DNA of 56,470 nucleotides from Candidatus Kaiserbacteria bacterium (GTDB taxonomy: Bacteria; Patescibacteriota; Minisyncoccia; Phycocordibacterales; Phycocordibacteraceae). The notes under the pieces were generated by a model. That model made no database searches, was not told the DNA's origin, and was given only the letters and a program-made list of their open reading frames with translations. The position numbers and the translations under genes were made by a program. Location: positions 1 to 56,470 of the forward strand of contig JACRFL010000012.1 in NCBI GenBank assembly GCA_016217905.1, in the 5' to 3' direction. Positions within the stretch are counted from its first letter, which is position 1. Each line of letters opens with the position of its first letter. This document shows, one piece after another, positions 9,458 through 18,998 of the stretch.

Positions 9458-9538
9458 CTATTTGCGCTTCTTTGCGGCCTTGCGCTTCGTTGTCTTGCGC
9501 TTCGCTGTCTTCTTCGCGGCCTTACGCTTCTTTGTCAT
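9458..9538 (-). CDS. 26-aa Lys/Arg-rich micro-protein (MTKKRKAAKKTAKRKTTKRKAAKKRK)
   Basis: Hand translation gives ATG at 9538 and TAG at 9460-9458. It is below the track size cutoff. Codons are GC3-rich (AAG/CGC/GCC) like the bona fide genes. It is bracketed by the murB terminator upstream and its own terminator downstream. Confidence 0.4.
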   Translation of the reverse strand: MTKKRKAAKKTAKRKTTKRKAAKKRK

Positions 9539-9652
9539 GGTGGTTGCGAATTATGATGATAGCTGATATGTCGACCCGTCTGCGCGCGAAATATTTTCAT
9601 GCACAAACGTTTCTATCTGACATTATCGCGCGTAAATAATTTTCTGTGCGAC

Positions 9653-9690
9653 AAAAAAACGCAGAGTGTGGATAACTTCTGCGAAAAAAA
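9653..9690 (-). terminator. Bidirectional-looking terminator after murB; its loop carries a perfect DnaA-box 9-mer
   Basis: A7 - CGCAGA (9660-9665) - 12-nt loop - TCTGCG (9678-9683) - A7. In - sense the stem is followed by TTTTTTT. The loop contains TGTGGATAA at 9667-9675. Confidence 0.6.
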
Positions 9691-9712
9691 TTTCCGACGT
9701 GTCCCGCGGATG

Positions 9713-10732
9713 TCAGTTCTGCGCGCCGAAGATTTCCACCTCGCGTTCGATCGTGATGCCGGTCGCGGCGAGTACGCGTTCGGCAACTTCCGCGGCGAGC
9801 GCGCCCACGTCCGCTGCGGAAGCGCCGGCGCTCGCGACGATGACAAGCGGCTGTTGTTCGTACAGCCGCGCGCGACCCTTCGAAAATCCCTTGAGCGCGA
9901 GCGCGCGGTCGAGGATCCACGCAAGCGGCAGCTTTATCGTGCCGTCTTCCTGCACAAATGCCGGTATCTCCGGAAAACGCCGCTGCAGACCCTCGAAAAC
10001 CTCGCGGGAAACGACGGGATTCTTGAAGAACGAACCGGCGGTTCCTTCTCCGGCGGCATGCGGGAACTTGCGGGCGCGGATGGCACGTACCGCGCTCGCG
10101 ATCTCCTCCGGCGTCGCAAGCGGCACGCCCTCCGCGCTCGCGCGGGCGAGGTCGGCGTACGCGACGTTTCGCGCCGCGTTCTTCGTGAGGCGCAGCGCGA
10201 CGCGCACGATGAGAAGGTTGCGGTGCACCTTGAAAAGGCTTGTTCGGTACCCGAACCCCGCTTCATCTCGGGTGATGCGCCAGGGCAATCCGGTTGCGCG
10301 GTCGACGCCTTCGGCATAGTCGAACACGCCGGCAAGCTCCGCGCCGTATGCGCCGATATTCTGCACCGCCGCTCCGCCCACCGACCCGGGAATACCCGCT
10401 AGATTCTCGATGCCGAAAGTTCCGCGCGCACCCGCCTTGTTCACCAGGTCTTCCCAAAGGGTTCCCGCATCCGCGACGAACAACACGTCATCTCTCTCCT
10501 CTTCAACCGCGATATTCCCGAGCGCCATTTTCAATACCACGCCGTCGACGCCTTCGTCCGGAACCAGCACATTGCTCCCGGCCCCGAGTACGAAAAGCGG
10601 AAGCACGTTTCCTCGCGCGTACGTTATCGCCTCTTCGATATCCTTTTCCGTATGCGCCTCGATAAAAAAACGAGCTGCCCCTCCGACACCGAGCGTCGTG
10701 CGGGGCGCGAGCGGTACATTCTTTAACATCAT
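9713..10732 (-). CDS. murB: UDP-N-acetylenolpyruvoylglucosamine reductase
   Basis: MMLKNVPLAPRTTLGVGGAARFFIEAHT... is MurB-like throughout. The track ORF (to 11092) has a 120-aa Arg/Pro-rich extension overlapping the upstream gene, which I reject. Confidence 0.88.
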   Translation of the reverse strand: MMLKNVPLAPRTTLGVGGAARFFIEAHTEKDIEEAITYARGNVLPLFVLGAGSNVLVPDEGVDGVVLKMALGNIAVEEERDDVLFVADAGTLWEDLVNKAGARGTFGIENLAGIPGSVGGAAVQNIGAYGAELAGVFDYAEGVDRATGLPWRITRDEAGFGYRTSLFKVHRNLLIVRVALRLTKNAARNVAYADLARASAEGVPLATPEEIASAVRAIRARKFPHAAGEGTAGSFFKNPVVSREVFEGLQRRFPEIPAFVQEDGTIKLPLAWILDRALALKGFSKGRARLYEQQPLVIVASAGASAADVGALAAEVAERVLAATGITIEREVEIFGAQN

Positions 10733-10757
10733 CGCCGATTGAAGGCCGCTTTCGATC

Positions 10758-12911
10758 TTACTTTCCTCGTATCTGCGTGATGGCGGCGGCGGCGGCGGAA
10801 GCCGTTGCCGGATAGAGCGATACGGCTTTATTGATCGTCGCAACGGCATTCTCTCTATCGCCTGCCGCATAATAGGCGGCCGCGAGAGAGAACCATGTCT
10901 CGGCGCTCGCATTCGGGGCTGTCGTACGCAATGCCCAAAGAGCGATGAGGCGCGGCCAGTTCTTGCTTCGGTAGTACGCCACCGCGAGGATATTGCTGTC
11001 GACGTTGGTCGTGCCGTATGCATCGCGCAATATCTTGTCCGCCGCCGCGCCGTCGCCGACGGCGATAGCTCCCGCGGCGGCATAGACGGCAAGACCGGGG
11101 AATTGAGGGCCGAGCGCGTACGCGGTGGCGAAATCCTTCTGTGCGGCCTTCACGTCGCCCAGATCCCATTCGGTCGTGCCCACCTCGATCCATATCGCTT
11201 CCTTTTTGGGTGAGAGAAGCGCGGCCTCTTTAATCTCCTTGAGGGCGGCCGCGCCGTCTCCGGCGATGCGGTATGCATAGGAAAGCTGGAGCCGCCCGCG
11301 GGCGTCTCTCGGGTATGCGGCAACCTGTTTTTGCATCTCGCTGGTCGCAAGGGCGGCGAACTGCTGCTTCTGCGCCTCGGTCGCCTGCGGGCTCTGCACG
11401 ACCGACGCCGCAAAATTCACCAACTGCTCGCGGATCTCTTGGGCGGCAAAAGCCGGGTGCGCGACAAGGTCCTGAAATGCGGCGAGATTCCCTTCGACGC
11501 CGCCTGACGAAGGCGAGATGGCCGTGATAAGCCCGGACGCGACATTCATGCCGGAGACGTTCACGAGCCAGATGAGCGCGAGCAGGGCGACGCCGGTGAT
11601 CGGAAGCGCGTAGGTCACGCCCAAGTCGGGAGGAAGCGTCGGCATCTCTTCGATTCTCCGTACAGATCGTGCGACCTGCGAGTCGATGAGCGCGAGGAGC
11701 GCGAAGAAATATATGTAGGAGTAGAGATTGTCGAAGACAAACATATTGTGCACGGCGTACCCGAGAAGCGCGGCGGTGAGCAGGATGCGCTCGGGCCGCG
11801 AGAGTTCCGAGCTCCTCCAGAGCAGCACGACCGCCGAACCGAAGAGCGAGAGGTAGAGAAGGAACGCCGGCACGCCCCCCGCGGAGAGCCAGTCGATGAA
11901 AGCGTTATGCGCCCGATCGAACCACGGCTCCTGCGCGTAGAGCGACGGATTGTAGTATTTGTTGAAAACGTAATTGAATCCTTCCTGTCCCCAGCCGACA
12001 AGCGGGCGTTCGAGCACCCCTTGCGCCGCCATGCGCCAGATGGTGAAGCGCGTCTGACCGTCGGAAAGCGAGATGGAGGCGACGCGCTGGAGGATGTGAT
12101 TTCCCTGCACGAACGAGGAGTCGCGCGCGAGGTAGAAGCCGCCTGAGAGAATGACAATGAGGGCGAAGGCACCCGTCGCTGCGCGGCGGGCATGCTTCCC
12201 CGCGGTCAATGCAGTGAGAAACGCCGCGAGCGCGAGCGCGCCCACGAGTCCGAGTATCGTGCCGCGCGTCTCGGTGAAGAATATGAGCACGGCCTCAAGC
12301 ACGGCGAGCGCGATCAAGGACCACTTCAGCCAGGCGAGCTTTTCGGTAAGCGCAAGCCAGAGTGCGATGAATACGTTGAAGAGAAAGTAAACCGCGAGAT
12401 ACGCCGAATTACCCAAGGTCGCATCAATACGCGTCGAGCCTTGGTGTATCGCGAGCGAACCGCCGAGCTGCAGTAGCGCATAGCCGGAGATGACGAGCGA
12501 AACCGCGAGCGACGTGAGGAACCACGCGCGCCATTTCTTTTCCACCCGCAACACCGCGCTCGCGGCGAAGAAGAATCCCAGAAGATGCGCGAGCAGAACC
12601 CAGCCCTCCATGCGCTCGAAGTTGCTCCAGAAAGCCTTTGCGGCATTCGGCGCAATCGCGTCCGCGATAAACATCCACGCAACGAAGCCGAGAATCACCG
12701 CCCCGACGAGCGAGAAGCGCGGGCGGTATTCCTTGTCGAGTACCGCGAGCACGGCCCACGCGGCGACGGCTATCTCCACCAGAATGCGGAAGAAAAACGC
12801 CTTCCCGGTGATAAAGGGAAAGAAATAACCGTTCGCGACGATAAGCGGCGTCAGCGGAATGAGGAAGAGCGCGCCAAGCGCAGCCCATCGTGCAATCGCC
12901 TTTTCGGGCAT
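10758..12911 (-). CDS. O-antigen ligase-like (Wzy_C) polytopic membrane protein with C-terminal TPR repeats
   Basis: Many TM segments, FFTETRGTILGLVGAL (Wzy_C-like) and a TPR-like C-terminus (AAYYAAGDRENAVATINKAVSLYP). TATAGT lies 9 nt upstream of ATG 12911. Confidence 0.7.
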   Translation of the reverse strand: MPEKAIARWAALGALFLIPLTPLIVANGYFFPFITGKAFFFRILVEIAVAAWAVLAVLDKEYRPRFSLVGAVILGFVAWMFIADAIAPNAAKAFWSNFERMEGWVLLAHLLGFFFAASAVLRVEKKWRAWFLTSLAVSLVISGYALLQLGGSLAIHQGSTRIDATLGNSAYLAVYFLFNVFIALWLALTEKLAWLKWSLIALAVLEAVLIFFTETRGTILGLVGALALAAFLTALTAGKHARRAATGAFALIVILSGGFYLARDSSFVQGNHILQRVASISLSDGQTRFTIWRMAAQGVLERPLVGWGQEGFNYVFNKYYNPSLYAQEPWFDRAHNAFIDWLSAGGVPAFLLYLSLFGSAVVLLWRSSELSRPERILLTAALLGYAVHNMFVFDNLYSYIYFFALLALIDSQVARSVRRIEEMPTLPPDLGVTYALPITGVALLALIWLVNVSGMNVASGLITAISPSSGGVEGNLAAFQDLVAHPAFAAQEIREQLVNFAASVVQSPQATEAQKQQFAALATSEMQKQVAAYPRDARGRLQLSYAYRIAGDGAAALKEIKEAALLSPKKEAIWIEVGTTEWDLGDVKAAQKDFATAYALGPQFPGLAVYAAAGAIAVGDGAAADKILRDAYGTTNVDSNILAVAYYRSKNWPRLIALWALRTTAPNASAETWFSLAAAYYAAGDRENAVATINKAVSLYPATASAAAAAITQIRGK

Positions 12912-12947
12912 AATGGGGCAACTATAGCACGCGCGAACTTGCCCGCT

Positions 12948-13751
12948 TTAGAACCGCCAACTGAAGAGACCCCAGCTGTCCTGTTCTTTCTGCGCAAGAT
13001 CCCGGAGGCGCTGCTGCGCAGCCTGTATCGCCGCTATCTGCGCCGTCAGAGTCGCCTGGATATCAGCCGGCACGTTGGCTTCTCCCAAGAGTTTGGTGAG
13101 ATCGTCAATGCGCTGCTGATTCTGCGCGACCTGCTGCGCGATCACATCAGCCGCCGCGCTATCGCCGCCGAAGAGGAGCCGGGTGAGAAATCCACGCCCC
13201 TGTATCTTCGCCTCGACATTCGCCGTCGTCGCAACCGAGTCGTTCATCTGCTTCGCGATCTCCGACACCTGCGGGCCGATGCCGCCGACGAGCTCCTTAG
13301 AAGCGAGGAGCGCGTGCACCGCGAGACGCACCGGGTTCGCATTCTCGACGATATCCTGGTGGTCAGGCGAGGTGCTCGCCACTTCCTGATCGAGTTCGTG
13401 CTTGCGCACTTCGATTTTCTGCTTCAAGTCTTCGACAGAGTATGCCTGATCCTCGTCATCCTCGAATTCAAGGTCGATTTCCTGTTTATCAGCCCCCTCG
13501 CCCACCTCGCTCGAGCTCGAGGCTTCACGCGGGCCCTTCTGTTCCTTAAGAAACTGATCCTGCCGCTCTCGGGCGGCCTCCGCGTTCTGCTTTTGTTGTT
13601 CGCGAACGGCTTCGCCCACTCGCTGGGTCTGCGGCGCGTCCGTACCTCCCTCACCGTTGCTTTCGGCAAGCGCAGCGAACGGCAGGCCGTTCATCGCGAG
13701 CGCGAGTGCGAAAGCTCCTGTTGCGTATATATATTTGTTCATATTATTCAT
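12948..13751 (-). CDS. Secreted coiled-coil protein, function unknown
   Basis: Signal-peptide-like MNNMNKYIYATGAFALALAMNGLPFAALA, followed by a charged, Gln-rich helical sequence. Confidence 0.6.
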   Translation of the reverse strand: MNNMNKYIYATGAFALALAMNGLPFAALAESNGEGGTDAPQTQRVGEAVREQQKQNAEAARERQDQFLKEQKGPREASSSSEVGEGADKQEIDLEFEDDEDQAYSVEDLKQKIEVRKHELDQEVASTSPDHQDIVENANPVRLAVHALLASKELVGGIGPQVSEIAKQMNDSVATTANVEAKIQGRGFLTRLLFGGDSAAADVIAQQVAQNQQRIDDLTKLLGEANVPADIQATLTAQIAAIQAAQQRLRDLAQKEQDSWGLFSWRF

Positions 13752-13809
13752 GCGGTTTATGACGTTGTTCTGAAGTAACTAATATGCCCTGAAGTATACA
13801 CCACCTTCC

Positions 13810-14781
13810 TCACAGCAATTTTTGCAAGTCACTTACGGATACGGTTGACGTACCTGCCTTCCCTATTGCGATAGCGGCGGCGATATTTGCGAGTTCCATC
13901 GCTTCGACGAGTGTCGCACCGCTCGCAATAGCGAGTGCCGCCGCCGCGACGACCGTGTCGCCGGCGCCTGATACGTCGACCACCTCCGTAGCGCGCGTCG
14001 GGAGATGATGTGTCCCTTCCGCGTCAAACAGCGTCATCCCGTCCGGTCCTCGCGTAATCAAAGTCGGCGTCTGAAGTCGCACCGCGAGTGATCTTCCTGC
14101 TTCAATCACATCTTCACAGCCGGCCATTGCACATGCTTCTTTGAGATTTGGTGTAAAAAGATGCGCCATTCCGAAAAACTGCACATGAGATGGCTTCGTA
14201 TCGACAATGACGGGAAGGCTTCGCGCACGCGCGGCATCCATGACGGTCCGTATCATTCCCTCCGTCAGATATCCTTTCGCATAATCAGCGATGATGAGCG
14301 CATCCCACTGCGACATCCGTTCAACAATGCGCAGAGCTTCCGCACGCGCCGCATCTTCTGAAATAGGTTCCACCGACTCCCAATCGATACGAAGCAAGTG
14401 CCTGTTGGCGGCGACGATGCGTTGCTTCGTCGTCGTCGGCCGTTTCGCATCAATCAAAATATGCGCATCGATGCCCAGCTCTTGCACCATAGAAATAAGC
14501 ATGCGGCCGCGCTCGTCGTCACCGACCACGCCGAACACGTCGACTGCTCCACCGAGCGCTCGCACGTTGCAAGCTGCATTTGCGGCACCGCCGGGAATAT
14601 ACTGTTCCGACTCGGAGATAACGACCGGGACTGGCGCCTCGGGCGAAAGCCGCTCGCTCCGTCCGCGAGAAAATATGTCGAGCATAACGTCACCCGCCAC
14701 TCCGATGCGCTTCTTTGGAAATGAGGAAAGGAGGGCGCGGAGCGATTCCTGGCTCGAATCTACAGGACCGCGTGGATTCAT
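13810..14781 (-). CDS. D-glycero-beta-D-manno-heptose-7-phosphate kinase (RfaE/HldE domain I only; PfkB family)
   Basis: IGVAGDVMLDIFSRGRSERLSPEAPVPVV...PGGAANAACNVRALGG matches the RfaE domain I signature. At 323 aa it has no adenylyltransferase domain. Confidence 0.8.
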   Translation of the reverse strand: MNPRGPVDSSQESLRALLSSFPKKRIGVAGDVMLDIFSRGRSERLSPEAPVPVVISESEQYIPGGAANAACNVRALGGAVDVFGVVGDDERGRMLISMVQELGIDAHILIDAKRPTTTKQRIVAANRHLLRIDWESVEPISEDAARAEALRIVERMSQWDALIIADYAKGYLTEGMIRTVMDAARARSLPVIVDTKPSHVQFFGMAHLFTPNLKEACAMAGCEDVIEAGRSLAVRLQTPTLITRGPDGMTLFDAEGTHHLPTRATEVVDVSGAGDTVVAAAALAIASGATLVEAMELANIAAAIAIGKAGTSTVSVSDLQKLL

Positions 14782-14872
14782 TTGCCCATACTAGCGCACC
14801 AATTATCCCTCGCCAAACGAGGGATCTCCCGAAACTTCCAGGCAGTCAAGGCCGGTTCTAGATGGTACGATA

Positions 14873-14886
14873 GCGGCACGTGCCGC
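14873..14886. promoter_or_regulatory. Perfect 14-nt palindrome GCGGCACGTGCCGC at the -35 position of the flippase promoter
   Basis: Seen directly. TATAAT at 14891-14896 and ATG at 14910 follow. Confidence 0.3.
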
Positions 14887-14909
14887 CGCTTATAATCTGC
14901 GTTATATAA

Positions 14910-16187
14910 ATGTCAGACCTCACATCCCGCCTCATAACATTTCTTCGCTGGAGTCAGAAGTACACCAAAACCGATATGGTGTACCTCGCCTCGCGCAGCG
15001 GTCTCGGCGTTATCGCCCAAGTCACGATCTCGCTCGCTACGCTCGCGTTCGCCGTCGTGGTTGGCCACTACCTGCCGAAGGAGACATATGGTGAATACAA
15101 GTACGTGCTTTCAATCATCGCGATTCTTTCTCTCTTCTCGCTGAATAGCATTGGCGGTGCCGTCTTTCAGTCGACCGCAAAGGGGTATACCGGCGCGCTC
15201 CATCAGGGATTTTGGGCTAACATCCGCTGGAGCTTTTTCGTATTTAGCGGCGCACTCGCACTCGCACTCTACTACTTCTGGTTCCACAACCCGGTCCTCG
15301 CCGCCGAGATCCTCATTGGCGGAAGTTTGTCGCCCCTCCTCGCGAGCGCGAGTCTCTATAGCCCGTTTCTGGACGGCAAAAAAGATTTCACCCGTCAGAT
15401 GCTCTACAGCATCATCGACAACATCTTCACCACCGGCGTGATGGTCGTCGCGGTGCTGTTAACTACGAGCCCGCTCCTGTTGGTCTGCGCGTACTTCATC
15501 AGCAATACGCTCGGTGCGTTCTACTTCTATCGCCGAACGAAAATCCTCTATGCTTCAGATGAAAAGAAACAGGACACGGGAATGCTCACCTTCAGCAAAC
15601 ATCTGAGCGCGCTCGGCGTCTTAGGTGGTATCGTGGACGCCGTCGATCAAATATTGATCTTCCATTTTGCCGGTGCGGCACAATTGGCGGTGTTTGCATT
15701 CGCGACCGCGCTTCCCGACCAGTTTAAGACGCCTACCAAGACGCTCAGCACAATGATCTCATCCGGTTTCGCACGGCGCACGAAGAATGAAATTCATCAC
15801 GGTATGACGAACAAGTTCTGGTGGTACTTCGTGTTTGCAGTGTGCGTCGTGGTGGCATACCTTATCGCGGCTCCGTATATTTTCAGACTCTTTTTCCCTG
15901 CGTATATGGATTCCGTCTTTTACTCGCAAGTGTATATGCTTGGCTTTCTCGCGATAACCTTTGATCCTATCCAATCGTATTTTGGCATCCATAAAATGGT
16001 GAAGGAGTTCTACATCGGCGGTATCTTTTCCATTCTCTGCCAAGCCATTACGATGATCGTCGGCGTGCTGTGGTGGGGCATCCTCGGACTTGTTGTCGCG
16101 CAGGTATTCACCCGGATCGCTTCGGCGCTCCTCACCTATGCGCTCTACATACGCGCAAAACGAAATGACCTCGCCGCACTCTCCTAA
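14910..16187 (+). CDS. Oligo/polysaccharide flippase (Wzx/MOP superfamily)
   Basis: 425 aa, about 12 hydrophobic segments, typical Wzx-like composition. Confidence 0.7.
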   Translation: MSDLTSRLITFLRWSQKYTKTDMVYLASRSGLGVIAQVTISLATLAFAVVVGHYLPKETYGEYKYVLSIIAILSLFSLNSIGGAVFQSTAKGYTGALHQGFWANIRWSFFVFSGALALALYYFWFHNPVLAAEILIGGSLSPLLASASLYSPFLDGKKDFTRQMLYSIIDNIFTTGVMVVAVLLTTSPLLLVCAYFISNTLGAFYFYRRTKILYASDEKKQDTGMLTFSKHLSALGVLGGIVDAVDQILIFHFAGAAQLAVFAFATALPDQFKTPTKTLSTMISSGFARRTKNEIHHGMTNKFWWYFVFAVCVVVAYLIAAPYIFRLFFPAYMDSVFYSQVYMLGFLAITFDPIQSYFGIHKMVKEFYIGGIFSILCQAITMIVGVLWWGILGLVVAQVFTRIASALLTYALYIRAKRNDLAALS

Positions 16188-17145
16188 TATGCCCATCCCA
16201 CCCGTCGCTCTTATCATCTTCAACCGCCCCCTTGAGACAGGGCGGGTCTTTGCTGCTATCCGGCAGGCGCGGCCCTCTCGTCTGTTGGTCATCGCCGACG
16301 GACCACGTCATGACGGCGAACGGGAGTTGTGCGACTCCGCACGCGCAGTCATCGACACCGTCGACTGGCCCTGCGTCGTTGAGAAAAATTATGCCGACGT
16401 AAATATGGGTTGTAGGGAGCGCATCATTTCTGGCATCAATTGGGTATTCGAGCAGACCGAACGGGCGATTATTCTTGAAGACGACTGTCTGCCCCACCCC
16501 ACATTCTTTCCTTTTTGCGCAGAGTTGCTTGAGAAATACAAAGACGATGAACGGGTCATGACGATAACCGGACTGTGTCTCTTTCAAAAAAAGATCGGAT
16601 CTTCAATACAGGAAAGCTATTTCCCCACTCTTTTGCCACAAACAACTGGATGGGCCACATGGCGTCGTGCATGGAAGCTCTATGACCCGGATATGCAGGC
16701 GTGGCCGGCGCTGCGCGACGCCCGCGCGCTGGCACCCACTTTTCACCACCCTGCCGGGTACGAGCGATTCGAGCGCGTCTGGGACGACTATTACTACCAG
16801 CGCCCCGGCGTCAAAGACAGTTGGGACGGTCAGTGGGCGTTTGCCTGCGTCAGGCAAGGCGCGGTATGCCTCACCCCGACTGTTAATCTCATCTCGAACA
16901 TCGGCTTCAACGCGCGCGGCACGCACTCGCACGAAGCTACGGATCAGTCCGATATGCCCCTCTACCCAATGCAATTCCCGCTCATTCACCCCGCAGAGCT
17001 TGTTATCAATCGCGAAGTCGATGCGCTCTTTTACCGCTACAGCTTGGGCATTGACCGCAAGTGGCGCTACCGAGTGGTGCGCCCCCTCAAGACGTATTTC
17101 CCGGGCATCTACCGGGCGCTTAAGAAATTGGTAAGTAAGACGTAG
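16165..17145 (+). CDS. GT-A fold glycosyltransferase (GNT-I/HlpA-like GT2 relative)
   Basis: PVALIIFNRPLETGRVFAAIRQARPSRLLVIADGPR and ILEDDCLPHP (DxD-like). The start is either ATG 16165 or ATG 16189; the track start 16090 lies inside the flippase gene. Confidence 0.6.
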   Translation: MTSPHSPNMPIPPVALIIFNRPLETGRVFAAIRQARPSRLLVIADGPRHDGERELCDSARAVIDTVDWPCVVEKNYADVNMGCRERIISGINWVFEQTERAIILEDDCLPHPTFFPFCAELLEKYKDDERVMTITGLCLFQKKIGSSIQESYFPTLLPQTTGWATWRRAWKLYDPDMQAWPALRDARALAPTFHHPAGYERFERVWDDYYYQRPGVKDSWDGQWAFACVRQGAVCLTPTVNLISNIGFNARGTHSHEATDQSDMPLYPMQFPLIHPAELVINREVDALFYRYSLGIDRKWRYRVVRPLKTYFPGIYRALKKLVSKT

Positions 17146-17153
17146 GTTCGTTT

Positions 17154-17927
17154 CTATTGGCGCGGTTTACAGGCGACAAAGAAATGCACGAGGAATTTAT
17201 ACCACGCTCTAAGCAGGGCATATTTTAATCCGATCCGCCCGTCTTTGCGCGCCTCACGGGTGAAATAAATTTTCTTAAAAATATAGTAGAATGCGACCAC
17301 CCCGCGGAGTATCTCGCGAAGCCATCCTCGAGTGCGCGGTGTCCGATCGACATCGAGCTCAAGTTGAAACAGATTACGCTGGGGCCGGCGTAACAGATGA
17401 TTCTTGCCTTGGAAATGCAACAGAGGGTGGTCAAAGATGAAGGCATCTCCGTTAAACTGGAGAATCTCGTCGACGCACGCAGCCGCATCCTCTCCGTAGC
17501 GGATTGCAGGGTCGTTTTCAAAGATACGGAATTGGGGATCGATGAAATGAGGCACGAGTTCATCGACCCGATTCGTTTGGAGCACGTGGATATGTTGTTT
17601 CTGGAGCAGCGCCTTGAGCGCAACGCGAAATGTCTGGTCGATCCTTTCATCGGCATCTAAGAAGAACACGTAACTTCCCCGCGCCCGGTTAATGGCAAAA
17701 TTCTTCGCTTTGCCGAAGTGGAACGGCTCAAAACGTTTTTCAAGAAAGTGGACAGGAAACGATGCTTGTTGTGTCATTTCATGGATGCGCTCAACGGTTG
17801 TGTCGGTCGATCCGGTGTCGACGATGATGAGTTCATCCGCGATTCCTTCGATGCACCGGAAGAAATCCTCGATATTGTGCGCCTCGTTTCTTACGATGGT
17901 GACGACTGAAAGAGAAGGTTCTGTCAT
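17154..17927 (-). CDS. Glycosyltransferase family 2
   Basis: SVVTIVRNEAHNI...IIVDTGSTDTT...FLDADE. Confidence 0.75.
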   Translation of the reverse strand: MTEPSLSVVTIVRNEAHNIEDFFRCIEGIADELIIVDTGSTDTTVERIHEMTQQASFPVHFLEKRFEPFHFGKAKNFAINRARGSYVFFLDADERIDQTFRVALKALLQKQHIHVLQTNRVDELVPHFIDPQFRIFENDPAIRYGEDAAACVDEILQFNGDAFIFDHPLLHFQGKNHLLRRPQRNLFQLELDVDRTPRTRGWLREILRGVVAFYYIFKKIYFTREARKDGRIGLKYALLRAWYKFLVHFFVACKPRQ

Positions 17928-17943
17928 ATCCTATAGTGTACCG

Positions 17944-18996
17944 CTAGTACCACTGCGCTTTCGATTGTTTTTCGTATTGCTCCTTATATTCCTTTTTCGC
18001 CTTCAAGGCTTTCCACCATTCGTTGTTCGCCAGATACCAGTCCACCACGTCTCCGATTGCCGTATCGACGGAATGCCTGCGTTTCCAACCCAATTTCTGC
18101 CGCAGTTTTTCTCCAAAAGGGGCATACCGTAGATCCGCATTCGGTCGATCGTTTACGAAAACGAGATGGTGCTCGTGGTTCTTACCCAGATGACGAGCGA
18201 CGAGCGCAATGATTTCCAAATTGGTCCGGTATTCTCCTTCAATATTGTATACATCGGGCGCGTGGGAACTGTGGGCGATGACATCGACCGCCCGTGAAAA
18301 ATCTTCGACACTAACCCAGCTGCGAACATGCTCGCCGGTGCCATGCACGGGTATCGGGCGGCCTTCAAGCAAGTTCGTGATGGTGAGCGGTATGAGTTTC
18401 TCGGGGTACTGGTGAGAGCCGTAATTATTGCCGCTCCGTACCACGGACACGGGGAGGTCATAGACTTTTTGGTACGTGCGCGCGAGCATATCTCCGGCCG
18501 CTTTGGACGTGGAATACGGATTGGAAGGGTTGAGCAGAGTGTCCTCGTATGAAAAACCTTCCGGCATGTTTCCGTACACTTCATCGGTTGAAATATGCAC
18601 TGTGTGCGGTACCGCGTACCGACGTGCCGCCTCAAGGAGCGTGCGTGTCCCTTCCACGTTCGTGCGGATGAAGTCGCTCACGCTGGAAAGGGAACGATCA
18701 ACATGAGTCTCGGCGGCGAAATGCGCCAGTATTGCAATGGGGTATTTTATAAATACTTTATCAAGGAGCGTTTCGTCGCAAATATCACCGTGCACGAATA
18801 CGTAACGCCGCTTATCAGGCGGCAACGCGGCCTCTTGTATTTCGACATCGCGCAGATTGTCCGGATTGCCAGCATAGGTCAGCAAGTCTAAATTGATGAT
18901 GCGATAGTGCGGATACGTGTGATAGAGGTGTCGTACGAAATGCGAGCCCATGAATCCGCATCCCCCCGTTACCAAGACTGATGCGGAGCTTGGCAT
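17944..18996 (-). CDS. rfbB: dTDP-glucose 4,6-dehydratase
   Basis: VLVTGGCGFMGSHFVRHL...INLDLLTYAGNPDNL and YSTSK (YxxxK). Confidence 0.85.
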   Translation of the reverse strand: MPSSASVLVTGGCGFMGSHFVRHLYHTYPHYRIINLDLLTYAGNPDNLRDVEIQEAALPPDKRRYVFVHGDICDETLLDKVFIKYPIAILAHFAAETHVDRSLSSVSDFIRTNVEGTRTLLEAARRYAVPHTVHISTDEVYGNMPEGFSYEDTLLNPSNPYSTSKAAGDMLARTYQKVYDLPVSVVRSGNNYGSHQYPEKLIPLTITNLLEGRPIPVHGTGEHVRSWVSVEDFSRAVDVIAHSSHAPDVYNIEGEYRTNLEIIALVARHLGKNHEHHLVFVNDRPNADLRYAPFGEKLRQKLGWKRRHSVDTAIGDVVDWYLANNEWWKALKAKKEYKEQYEKQSKAQWY

Positions 18997-18998
18997 GG

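Noticed and set aside
9461-9535. Imperfect tandem repeat CTTGCGCTTCG(T/C)TGT considered as a CRISPR-like or satellite repeat
   Set aside because: It has about three short units with no spacers. The periodicity is explained by the repeated K/R/A codons of the 26-aa micro-ORF on the opposite strand.
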